Part shown: in pieces, positions 1 to 7,604 of the stretch
Layout: every line of letters begins with the position of its first letter
How positions within the stretch are numbered: the first letter of the stretch is position 1
NCBI GenBank assembly: GCA_008932965.1
Contig: WBXG01000054.1
Location: 1-11,931 of the forward strand
Direction: 5' to 3'
Length of the DNA: 11,931 bases
Source of the DNA: Verrucomicrobiota bacterium
Lineage (GTDB): Bacteria; Verrucomicrobiota; Verrucomicrobiia; Chthoniobacterales; UBA6821
Notes under the pieces: generated by a model
What the model saw: only the letters and a program-made list of their open reading frames with translations
Databases searched by the model: none
What the model was told of the DNA's origin: nothing
Made by a program: the position numbers and the translations under genes

Positions 1-2
1 AT

Positions 3-659
3 ACACCAAGAAAAAAAGAGGCCCTCGCTTTTCTTGGAAAAGCTAATATGGAGCTACTCTCCTCACCTCCAACGGAGGCTCAAGAAAACTATACAGTGGT
101 CAAAGGGGATTCCTTGGATCGAATTGCACGCAAACAAAAATCTAACCCTGAATTAATCCAACGCCTTAATCATCTCCCCAATATTAACCTTCAAATTGGA
201 CAGGTCCTATTCGTACCTCAACTGAGCACAAGTCTCGAAATCGATCGTCCCTTAGGAATAGTGATTCTGAAAAACCATGATCAGTTTTTAAAAAGCTATT
301 CTTTACTCTCCTTTCCTCCTAAAGGAAGTCAAAAAAAACCTCCTCAAACGACAACGATTGTTGACCGAATTGCTACCTCAGGAAACAAACGAACGGCTTT
401 TGGTGATAAAAAATATCCTGATAGTGAGCGTATTATTCTTTTACGTTCTAGCGGAAATATCGTTGCAGCTCAAGCTACTCCAATAACTCCAGCTCCTACT
501 ACCATAGCACCATCCCCCAATACCAGCACCAACACTGTTGCTACTGCTGATGTGACAGCAACGACCCCTGCGATGCCTCCTGGCTTTGTTCTCTCAAGAG
601 AAGATTTAATAGAACTTTTTCCTTTTGTTACCAAGGAGACATCAGTCACGATCGATTAA
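3..659 (+). CDS. LysM domain-containing protein, probably 5'-truncated by the window edge (alternative internal ATG at 48)
   Basis: Track ORF 48..659. The same frame has no stop codon back to base 3 (TPRKKEALAFLGKAN-MELL...), so the gene may start upstream of the window. YTVVKGDSLDRIARKQKSNPELIQRLNHLPNINLQIGQVLFVP fits the LysM consensus (Y-x-V-x-x-GD-S/T-L-x-x-IA ... N-x-L ... I-x-x-GQ-x-L-x-V/I-P). A Pro/Thr/Ala-rich linker lies near the C-terminus. No catalytic motif recognised. Confidence 0.6.
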   Translation, partial: TPRKKEALAFLGKANMELLSSPPTEAQENYTVVKGDSLDRIARKQKSNPELIQRLNHLPNINLQIGQVLFVPQLSTSLEIDRPLGIVILKNHDQFLKSYSLLSFPPKGSQKKPPQTTTIVDRIATSGNKRTAFGDKKYPDSERIILLRSSGNIVAAQATPITPAPTTIAPSPNTSTNTVATADVTATTPAMPPGFVLSREDLIELFPFVTKETSVTID

Positions 660-1012
660 ATTTTTAGTAGTAATCATCCGATTGAAATCTTCCAGAATGC
701 CTCTAGAATGTGATTCCGATTGGATTTTGCTAATAGAAAAAACATCTGCTGATCACGTCCCCTTTTCAATTTAATAGACTGTAAACTTAACAATGTTGCC
801 AGTTACATGATGATGACTAATCCGAATACTTTGTACCGAAGCGTCATGTGGTGCTATGCAACGCTCATTAGCACAAGGTGGGCGAAGAATGGTGATGCCG
901 GGCTCTTATGCCAATCCCATTTCAAAACCAATGCAGTAGCCATAGAGCTTTCTACAAGCCACATTAGATTTAGTGTGAAATATTCGGATGAATTCGTTAT
1001 CTTACCTTCTTT

Positions 1013-1957
1013 ATGACTCCACTACCCCTTGATTTTGAACAACCCCTACTCGAGCTTGAAAAATGTCTTGATGATTTAATTTCTCGTACCCCTGAGGATA
1101 CCCATCGCATTTCTGTGATGCAGGAAAAACTCGAACTTATGAGGGTTGACCTCTATAAAAACCTCACTCCTTGGCAGCGTGTCCAAATTGCACGTCACCC
1201 CTCCCGCCCCTATGCCCTTGATTATTTGGAACGATGTTTTACCGATTTTGTAGAGTTGCATGGTGATCGTTGTTTTGGAGATGATAAAGCGATGCCCGCT
1301 GGTATTGCTCGAATTGGCAAATATCGGTGTGTGATCATTATGCAACAGAAGGGACGTAACGTGAAAGAAAATGTCCTTCGTAATTTTGGAAGTCCTCATC
1401 CTGAAGGCTATAGAAAGGCATTACGATTGATGCGACTTGCTGAAAAGTTTTCTCTCCCGGTGATTACCTTTATCGACACACCCGGAGCCTATCCTGGGAT
1501 TGGTGCTGAAGAGCGTCACATTGCTGAATCTATTGCCGTGAATCTTCGTGAAATGATGCTGCTAAAAGTTCCGATTATTTCTGTTATTCTAGGTGAAGGG
1601 GGCTCTGGGGGAGCCTTGGGAATAGGTGTTTCAGATAAATCCCTCATGTTAGAAAATGCCTACTACTCAGTCATCAGTCCTGAAGGATGTGCTGCCATTT
1701 TATGGAAACACCGCAAACATGCCCCAGAAGCAGCTGCAGCACTAAAACTAACAGCTCAAGACCTCACTGATCTAAAACTCATTGATGGAATCGTTCCAGA
1801 GCCGCTTGGCGGAGCTCATCATAATGCTTCTATGGCAGCAACAGCAGTGAGACATGCAATCATCGAAGCTTTAGAAGAATTGGAAAAAAAATCACTTCCT
1901 GATCTTCTCGAGGAGCGCTATGCCAAATTCCGTAAGATGGGGATCTTTTCCGAATAG
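1013..1957 (+). CDS. accA: Acetyl-CoA carboxylase carboxyltransferase subunit alpha
   Basis: 314-aa ORF. The N-terminus LDFEQPLLELEKCLDDL and the core FGSPHPEGYRKALRLMRLAEKFSLPVITFIDTPGAYPGIGAEERHIAESIA ... SVISPEGCAAILWK match the AccA family as I know it from E. coli and other bacteria. Confidence 0.95.
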   Translation: MTPLPLDFEQPLLELEKCLDDLISRTPEDTHRISVMQEKLELMRVDLYKNLTPWQRVQIARHPSRPYALDYLERCFTDFVELHGDRCFGDDKAMPAGIARIGKYRCVIIMQQKGRNVKENVLRNFGSPHPEGYRKALRLMRLAEKFSLPVITFIDTPGAYPGIGAEERHIAESIAVNLREMMLLKVPIISVILGEGGSGGALGIGVSDKSLMLENAYYSVISPEGCAAILWKHRKHAPEAAAALKLTAQDLTDLKLIDGIVPEPLGGAHHNASMAATAVRHAIIEALEELEKKSLPDLLEERYAKFRKMGIFSE

Positions 1958-2643
1958 TCTTCGGTTTTTTTTGCTGAAACAGGATAGGGATGAACCACCA
2001 AAGTAATTTCTCCTTTGACGGCTTTTGAGGAAAAATGAATCAGTACCTCCTGGGGTGTTCCATGAACATACTCTTCAAATTTTTTACTCAATTCTCTTGC
2101 AACACAGAGCCGTGCCTCGGGTAATAATGTAGTAAAATCCTTTAAGCAGGCTGGGAGACGATGGGGAGATTCAAAATAAAGAGAGGTAATACCACGCTCT
2201 AAAAGTGCTTTTATTTCTGATCGTCGCTTCGATGCAGAGTTAGGAAGAAAACCTCCAAAGTAAAAGGGAACTGGAGGCAAACCACTTCCGACAAGTGCCG
2301 TTGTCACTGCTGATGGACCAGGAAGGACAGTATACGAAATTTTTTCATTGATACAGGCTCTTACCAGCCGAAATCCTGGGTCACTAATAGAGGGGGTTCC
2401 AGCATCGGTCAGGAGCGCTACCTCTTTGCCTGCATGCAGCACATCCATGATGAAGGGAAGACGTTGCTCTTCGTTATGCTCCTGGAAGCTAACTATTTTT
2501 TTTCGTACTCCAAGATGACTGAGTAGCTGCTCTGCACGGCGTGTATCCTCAGCAAGAACAAGATCACAGGAAGCAAGGACAGCTTCTACACGATGGGAGA
2601 GATCCCCAAGATTGCCAATAGGTGTTGGTAGAATAAAAAGCAT
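1918..2643 (-). CDS. rsmI: 16S rRNA (cytidine1402-2'-O)-methyltransferase, tetrapyrrole-methylase fold
   Basis: 241-aa ORF. LFILPTPIGNLGDLSHRVEAVLASCDLVLAEDTRR ... ALLTDAGTPSISDPGFRLVRAC ... YTVLPGPSAVTTALVGSGLP ... FYFGGFLP ... ESPHRL are the characteristic RsmI blocks. Confidence 0.9.
   Translation of the reverse strand: MLFILPTPIGNLGDLSHRVEAVLASCDLVLAEDTRRAEQLLSHLGVRKKIVSFQEHNEEQRLPFIMDVLHAGKEVALLTDAGTPSISDPGFRLVRACINEKISYTVLPGPSAVTTALVGSGLPPVPFYFGGFLPNSASKRRSEIKALLERGITSLYFESPHRLPACLKDFTTLLPEARLCVARELSKKFEEYVHGTPQEVLIHFSSKAVKGEITLVVHPYPVSAKKTEDYSEKIPILRNLA
1950..1972 (+). terminator. Candidate intrinsic terminator of accA (weak 5-bp stem + T8)
   Basis: CCGAA (1950-1954), loop TAGTC, TTCGG (1960-1964), followed directly by eight T (1965-1972). 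The stem spans the accA stop codon (1955-1957). The whole structure lies inside the 3' end of the opposite-strand rsmI ORF. The stem is short, so confidence is low. Confidence 0.35.
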
Positions 2644-2714
2644 TTGAGAATCTTACAAGTTGACCTCAGTTTTTCATACTAAATCTGTAAAGAATCAGGA
2701 AAATCTTTCTGATT

Positions 2715-2893
2715 AACCCGGATGTTTCATACTGATCGTGACGAGGAGGCCGCGAAGGCTGATGGGGTAAGGCAGACGAGCATTTTGATGCAGGGCTGTA
2801 TGTGTACATACTGCCCAAATCAAAATGTGAGTCTAACGCAACATCCATCTGACTTCCCAGCTGCTACAGATGATCGGTATGCAAATTCGGGTT
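2715..2893 (+). repeat. ~180-nt TIR-bounded structured intergenic repeat, copy A
   Basis: Aligns by eye with 5761-5942, 5942-6123 and 11861-11931. Terminal arms 2715-2737 and 2872-2893 pair (18 Watson-Crick + 1 G.U). Internal hairpins at 2748-2760 and 2781-2827. Long-range helix 2763-2775 with 2849-2859. Confidence 0.7.
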
Positions 2894-3755
2894 ATGCCAG
2901 TGCTGGCAATCCAAGAGGAAGGCTCATCTTATTGCCTCCTTGAAAAGCACGACGCATTTTGGAGAGAGCTGCATTTTGAAGTTGACGAATGCGTTCACGA
3001 GTCACTCCCATTTTTACACCAACTTCCTCGAGGGTGATCGGCTCGGAGCCATCGAGACCAAATCGGCTGTTAAGAATCGCACGTTCACGCTCATCAAGTT
3101 GACCGAGAATCTCGACTAACTCTCCCTGCATATCTTTTTCATTCAGCTGTTCAAAAGGATTGAAAGCCATTTCATCACTCACGATTTCCGAAAGCTCTGT
3201 AGTTCCATCATCACTTAAAGGGGCATCCAAGGAGGTAGGACGTACCGCTGACATTTTTAACTGAGCCACCTTCGAGGGAAGCATTCCGACCTCCTCAGCA
3301 ATCTCCTCATGAGTTGCCTCGCGCCCCAAGGCTTCAGCAAGGCTATCACCTACACGACGAATCTTTGCTAGCTTATCGACAAGATGAATGGGGAGACGTA
3401 TCGTTTTGCTTTGGTTAGCTAAAGCTCGTTTAATCGATTGTCTGATCCACCATGATCCGTAGGTGCTTAACTTACCCCCTTTTGCTGGATCAAAACGTTT
3501 CACCGCTTTCATTAAACCAATATTTCCTTCTGAAATAAGATCGAGAAGAGGTAACCCGAAATTAGAGAATTCTCGTGCAATCTTCACCACGAGCCGTAGG
3601 TTGGAACGAACCATCTCTGCAAAGGCGGCTTTGTCACCCTCCTTAATTAATAGTGCAAGCTCTACCTCTCGTTGAACCGAGATAAGCGGATAACATGAAA
3701 TTTCTTGAAGATATTTTTGTAAACTTGGATCAGTATTTTCAGAGGAATAATTCAT
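2892..3755 (-). CDS. RNA polymerase sigma factor, sigma-70 family (RpoD/RpoS-like, regions 1.2-4, no region 1.1)
   Basis: 287-aa ORF. LQKYLQEISCYPLIS (region 1.2), NLRLVVKIAREFSNFGLPLLDLISEGNIGLMKAVKRFDPAKGGKLSTYGSWWIRQSIKRAL (region 2), TIRLPIHLV (region 3) and ITLEEVGVKMGVTRERIRQLQNAALSKMR (region 4.2 HTH). Closely parallels E. coli RpoS/RpoD blocks. Confidence 0.9.
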   Translation of the reverse strand: MNYSSENTDPSLQKYLQEISCYPLISVQREVELALLIKEGDKAAFAEMVRSNLRLVVKIAREFSNFGLPLLDLISEGNIGLMKAVKRFDPAKGGKLSTYGSWWIRQSIKRALANQSKTIRLPIHLVDKLAKIRRVGDSLAEALGREATHEEIAEEVGMLPSKVAQLKMSAVRPTSLDAPLSDDGTTELSEIVSDEMAFNPFEQLNEKDMQGELVEILGQLDERERAILNSRFGLDGSEPITLEEVGVKMGVTRERIRQLQNAALSKMRRAFQGGNKMSLPLGLPALA

Positions 3756-3839
3756 AAATGATGGTTTTAAGAAGTTGATGTTTCTAACGGCATTAGACAG
3801 TTAGTCGGGGCCTGACGTTCATGTTTTTTAGAAAAGATT

Positions 3840-4106
3840 TTAGACTTTTAAAGCAATATTCATGTGCAAAAGCTTGCAGGGATTAAACAAGGGGGGAGCT
3901 CCAAAGCTCTCCCAATCGGAACCTAGGGCTGTATCACCAATCAGAAGAGTTCTTTTTTGGAAAGGTGATAGCTCTTCACAATAATCTAATAAGAAAATAT
4001 CCTCAGAGGATTGCTCTCTTGAGTCATTAAGAAGATCTCTAAGAGATGCTGGAGTAGTGTAACTGAGGGAACGTTGAACGATCGGCTTCTTGGGGGGAAT
4101 GAACAT
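3840..4106 (-). CDS. Hypothetical small protein (88 aa), directly upstream of the sigma factor on the same strand
   Basis: ORF only. It fills an otherwise empty 400-nt gap between the sigma gene and divergent comM. No recognisable motif. A weak purine-rich AGAGAG precedes the ATG. Confidence 0.3.
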   Translation of the reverse strand: MFIPPKKPIVQRSLSYTTPASLRDLLNDSREQSSEDIFLLDYCEELSPFQKRTLLIGDTALGSDWESFGAPPLFNPCKLLHMNIALKV

Positions 4107-4193
4107 CTCTCTTTGGACACAAGAATCACTTGTATGTTCATTAAAAAGTTTTAGCTTTTGACTTCAAAGAAGCTTTCTGATAGTTCCAACCTG

Positions 4194-5732
4194 ATGCTTA
4201 CCAAACTCTTCTCTGCTGCTGTTATTGGAATTGATGCTACCGAAGTAGAGATTGAAATTCATACAGGAGGATCAGGAGAACCTTCCATTATTGTTGTGGG
4301 ACTTCCTGATGCGATCGTACGAGAAAGCAAAGATCGAGTGATTGCAGCAATTAGCAACAGCGGCTACAAGTGGCCTCGCACCCGTACGACCGTTAATTTA
4401 GCTCCTGCTGATATTAAAAAACAGGGCCCTAATTTTGATCTCCCTATTGCCTTAGGAATGATTGCACTTGCCAATCAAGCAACACTGCCCCGTCTCCATC
4501 ATTGTTACATTGCGGGAGAACTGGCATTGACAGGGGAGGTTCGAGCTATCAAGGGAGCTCTTCCTCTTACTCTAGAGGCACGAGCACGGGGAAAAAAAGC
4601 GGTTCTTCTTCCTATTGCCAACACCCGAGAGGCTGCTGTAGTAGAAGGAATCGAGGTCTATGGCATTCGAACCTTGCGTGAAGCTTATGAATTTCTTTCG
4701 ATGCAACAAGAACTTGCCGCTGAAGAAGAAAATCATGATGCCTTGCTCGCAGAACAGCTCACCTTTGAAGTAGATTTTAGCGAGGTGAAAGGCCAACACC
4801 AGGTCAAGCGAGCAGTCGAAGTCGCAGTAGCAGGGGGGCATAACATTCTTCTTATTGGTCCCCCTGGATCAGGAAAATCGATGCTAGCACGACGCATCCC
4901 CTCTATCATGCCTCCCCTCTCCTTAGAAGAGGCATTGGAAAGCACAAAAATACATAGTGTTTGTGGTCTTCTTGATCATGGAAAGCCTATGATTAGCCAA
5001 CGACCCTTTCGGGATCCTCATCATACTATTTCTAATGTCGGTCTGTTAGGGGGGTCTGCAGCAATTACTCCAGGAGAAATCAGTATTGCTCATCATGGTG
5101 TTCTATTCTTGGATGAGCTTCCAGAGTTTCAACGCTCCACACTCGAAGTATTACGCCAGCCTCTCGAAGATGGAAAAGTCACCATTTCACGAGCAGCAGG
5201 AACAATGACTTTTCCTGCTATGTTCATGCTTGTTGCAGCTATGAATCCCTGTCCCTGCGGCTACTATGGTGATTTGAAACGTGAATGCCGCTGCACACCT
5301 CCTCAACGTGAACGCTACCGCCAACGCATTTCTGGCCCCCTACTCGATCGTATTGATCTTCATGTAGAGGCTCCCGCTATTGAATACCAAGAGCTCGTTG
5401 GGAAAGAACTTGCTGAATCCTCCTTTCAAATTCGTGATCGCATCATAAAAGCACGAAAACGTCAGCAGGAGCGCTTTTCAGAATCTACTAAGACTCGCTG
5501 TAATGCTCGGATGAACCCTCGAGAACTTCGCAAATATTGTAACCTCACAACGGAAGGAGATGCCATTTTCAAAAAAGCGATTACCGATTTGAATTTTAGT
5601 GCACGTGCCTACGATCGTATTTTAAAAGTAGCCAGAACGATTGCTGATCTCTCAGAATCTGAAGAAATAGAAAAAGATCATCTCCTTGAAGCACTAAGCT
5701 ATCGTAGCTTGGACCGTCAGTTGTGGCAGTAA
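4194..5732 (+). CDS. comM: Mg-chelatase-like AAA+ ATPase, ComM/YifB family
   Basis: The track ORF begins at TTG 4158. The first ATG (4194) gives [23 protein letters not shown], the typical YifB/ComM N-terminus. Walker A GPPGSGKS, Walker [11 protein letters not shown], the Zn-ribbon-like [16 protein letters not shown] and the C-terminal [18 protein letters not shown] block are all present. Confidence 0.9.
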   Translation: MLTKLFSAAVIGIDATEVEIEIHTGGSGEPSIIVVGLPDAIVRESKDRVIAAISNSGYKWPRTRTTVNLAPADIKKQGPNFDLPIALGMIALANQATLPRLHHCYIAGELALTGEVRAIKGALPLTLEARARGKKAVLLPIANTREAAVVEGIEVYGIRTLREAYEFLSMQQELAAEEENHDALLAEQLTFEVDFSEVKGQHQVKRAVEVAVAGGHNILLIGPPGSGKSMLARRIPSIMPPLSLEEALESTKIHSVCGLLDHGKPMISQRPFRDPHHTISNVGLLGGSAAITPGEISIAHHGVLFLDELPEFQRSTLEVLRQPLEDGKVTISRAAGTMTFPAMFMLVAAMNPCPCGYYGDLKRECRCTPPQRERYRQRISGPLLDRIDLHVEAPAIEYQELVGKELAESSFQIRDRIIKARKRQQERFSESTKTRCNARMNPRELRKYCNLTTEGDAIFKKAITDLNFSARAYDRILKVARTIADLSESEEIEKDHLLEALSYRSLDRQLWQ

Positions 5733-5760
5733 CGCTCTTTCTTGTAATCCCCATTTGATG

Positions 5761-5942
5761 AACCCAGATATTCCTAATCATCGTGACGAGGGAGCTTCCA
5801 AGGCTGACGAGTCAAAGCAGGCGAGCATTTTGACGCAGGGCTGTAGGAGTCCCTCTACCGCTACAATTATAATTCGAGACTAACGCAGTAACAATGAGCT
5901 TTCCACAAGCCATAATAAATTTAGTATGAATGATTCGAAATA
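5761..5942 (+). repeat. ~180-nt structured intergenic repeat, copy B (degenerate, first of a tandem pair)
   Basis: The 5' block AACCCAGATATTCCTAATCATCGTGACGAGGGAGCTTCCAAGGCTGACGAG...GCGAGCATTTTGACGCAGGGCTGT aligns to copy A with a 1-nt indel. The small hairpin is kept as AGCT-TCCAA-GGCT (5793-5805). The right arm ATGATTCGAAATA runs straight into copy C. Confidence 0.6.
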
Positions 5943-6123
5943 GCCCAGATATTTGATACTGATCATAACAAGGAGGCCGCGAAGGCTGATAGGGTAAGGC
6001 GAGCGATGAAGTCTGACGACGGCTGCATGAGTACCTACTGGCCTAGGAAGACTTCGAGCTTGGGCGCAGCATCCACCCTCGCTTCCCGCTCTACGTAGGT
6101 GATTGGTGTAAAACATCCAGGTT
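5942..6123 (+). repeat. ~180-nt structured intergenic repeat, copy C (second of the tandem pair)
   Basis: Terminal arms 5942-5965 and 6100-6123 pair (16 WC + 4 G.U). GGCC-GCGAA-GGCT hairpin at 5975-5987. Long-range helix 5992-6003 with 6078-6087. Internal hairpin GAAGTCT/AGACTTC at 6008-6014 and 6049-6055. Confidence 0.7.
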
Positions 6124-6147
6124 AATGTTACTTTTTTTTGAAACTCT

Positions 6148-7479
6148 GTGTCTAAAACATCTCTCACCCCTATTGATTCCTCTTCTGCTATCAAGGTATT
6201 ACAAAAACTCCGTAATCATGGCTACCAAGCCTATTTTGCTGGGGGCTGTGTGCGTGATATGTTGCTGGGTGTAGAGCCGCATGATTACGATATCGCCACC
6301 GATGCCTTACCCGAAGCGATTCAAAAGATTTTTTCTCGTACGATTCCTGTGGGAGCTCAATTTGGAGTCATTATTGTCTTAGAAGAGGAGACTGAAATTC
6401 AAGTAGCAACCTTTCGCCACGATGGCACTTACTCGGATGGGCGCCATCCTAACCATGTTCTTTTTACAAATGCCACAGAAGATGCTAAGCGACGTGACTT
6501 CACCATCAATGGACTTTTCTATGACCCCATTACTAAAGAGATTCTAGACTATGTAGAAGGAGGTCATGACCTCTCCTTAAAAATCATTCGTGCCATTGGT
6601 CATCCTAAGGAACGTTTTCAAGAGGACAAATTGCGCCTCTTGCGAGCTATTCGTTTTGCGACCACATTAGCATTTGAGATCGATCCTGCCACATGGGAAG
6701 CTCTTTGCGATCTTGCTCCTGAGATCCATGCTGTGAGCGAGGAGCGTATCCGTGATGAAATAGAGAAGATTTTTCTTAGCCCCCATAGGGTACGTGGATT
6801 TGACCTCCTGGATCAGAGCGGTCTTTTGAATCAGATTTTTCCAGAAATAGAGGATCTCAAAGGGTGTGAGCAACCTCCAGAATTTCACCCTGAGGGAGAT
6901 GTTTTTGTACATACACGAATCATGCTCTCCTTGCTTCCCCCAAAAGCCTCCCTTCCCCTTGTCCTCTCGGTTTTATTTCATGATATTGGGAAACCATCTA
7001 CACGCACTGTTGATGAAAAAGGAAAAATGCGTTTCTACGCCCATGATCAGGTAGGGGCTAAAATGGCAGAGAGGATCCTTCAACGACTTCGTTTTTCTAA
7101 TAAAGTTATTGATTCTGTTATTCCTGCAGTGCGCCTTCATATGAGCTTTAAAGATGTTTCAAAAATGCGCCTTTCTACACTCCGTAGGATGATGGCACGT
7201 CCTACCTTTGAAGATGAACTCGAGCTGCATCGTGTCGATTGTGCTTCCAGTCATGGAATGCTCGACAATTATGAATTGCTCCTACAGAAAAAAATAGAGT
7301 TCGCCAACATCCCTCTCGTTCCAAAACCACTGGTTACTGGTAGAGACCTAATTCTCTTGGGAATCCCACCAGGGCCAGAATTTGGAAAGATTTTACATGC
7401 TCTTAAAGATGCCCAGTTAGAAAATGCCATTACAACTCAAGAAGAGGCTATAGCTTGGGTCAAGAGACAATTAATCTAA
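6148..7479 (+). CDS. cca: CCA-adding tRNA nucleotidyltransferase (class II, with C-terminal HD domain)
   Basis: 443-aa ORF with a GTG start (no in-frame ATG before the conserved head). YFAGGCVRDMLLG, DYDIAT and RRDFTINGLFYD are the Pol-beta head motifs. RAIRFA follows, then the HD motif VLFHDIGKP with a downstream H..D. Confidence 0.9.
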   Translation: MSKTSLTPIDSSSAIKVLQKLRNHGYQAYFAGGCVRDMLLGVEPHDYDIATDALPEAIQKIFSRTIPVGAQFGVIIVLEEETEIQVATFRHDGTYSDGRHPNHVLFTNATEDAKRRDFTINGLFYDPITKEILDYVEGGHDLSLKIIRAIGHPKERFQEDKLRLLRAIRFATTLAFEIDPATWEALCDLAPEIHAVSEERIRDEIEKIFLSPHRVRGFDLLDQSGLLNQIFPEIEDLKGCEQPPEFHPEGDVFVHTRIMLSLLPPKASLPLVLSVLFHDIGKPSTRTVDEKGKMRFYAHDQVGAKMAERILQRLRFSNKVIDSVIPAVRLHMSFKDVSKMRLSTLRRMMARPTFEDELELHRVDCASSHGMLDNYELLLQKKIEFANIPLVPKPLVTGRDLILLGIPPGPEFGKILHALKDAQLENAITTQEEAIAWVKRQLI

Positions 7480-7604
7480 TACAATTTTCAATAAATAATA
7501 AATCCCAAAAAAACTCGCTAAGATATTGCATAGCAGTCCTAAGAAATCATCAGATTTAAACAATTTTGTTTGTAAATAAGGAATTATTGTGCTAGTCCCA
7601 TTGA

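Noticed and set aside
807-1016. 69-aa ORF upstream of accA as a real gene.
   Set aside because: It is Trp/Cys-rich with no motif, no SD and no evident partner function. It is kept only as part of the unexplained-spacer finding because of the ATGA junction with accA.
2672-2680. Extra copy of the left-arm core TTTCATACT, 53 nt upstream of copy A (a possible solo arm or remnant).
   Set aside because: Only a 9-mer plus a few flanking matches. It is roughly a one-in-ten chance event in 24 kb of two-strand sequence, which is too short to call.
2759-2765. Hammerhead-ribozyme-like CUGANGA box (B has CTGACGAG at 5804-5811).
   Set aside because: The box is not conserved among copies (A CTGATGG, C CTGATAG, D CTGATGC). 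No matching GAAA or cleavage-site helix arrangement was found.
2722-2943. 73-aa track ORF (MFHTDRDEEAAKADGV...) lying inside repeat copy A. The same relative frame is also open in copy D and, until TAG 6096, in copy C, with peptide-level resemblance (FHTD/FDTD, EAAKAD, GCM-TY).
   Set aside because: There is no conserved start codon: C has ATA with an in-frame TGA just upstream, and D is entered from the secretin frame. Copy B has a 1-nt indel that breaks the frame. Most A-versus-C differences in the conserved block fall at first or second codon positions and are non-synonymous (CGT>CAT, GAC>AAC, GAG>AAG, GGG>AGG). Conservation follows base-pairing, not codons. I treat it as non-coding, with a residual possibility worth an RNAcode test.
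2715-6123. Possibility that the repeated units are a CRISPR array or rRNA/tRNA-related repeats.
   Set aside because: The units are ~180 nt, far longer than CRISPR repeats. They are diverged (about two-thirds identity) and not regularly spaced; one is solo, two abut with no spacer, and one lies 5.7 kb away. No cas genes and no tRNA-like cloverleaf or T-loop motifs are present.
5880-6194. 104-aa minus-strand ORF spanning repeat copies B and C and the cca start.
   Set aside because: It lies entirely on the antisense of the repeat pair and overlaps the cca start. It has no motif and an odd composition. It is a by-product of the stop-poor repeat sequence.
7480-7604. Sigma-70-type promoter for the envelope block (TTGCAT at 7526-7531, TTTAAA at 7555-7560; also TTGACT at 4158-4163 before comM).
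   Set aside because: The hexamer spacings are wrong (23 nt), or the -10 candidates are poor (TAGTTC). Promoter consensus for this lineage is also uncertain. No call is supportable by eye.
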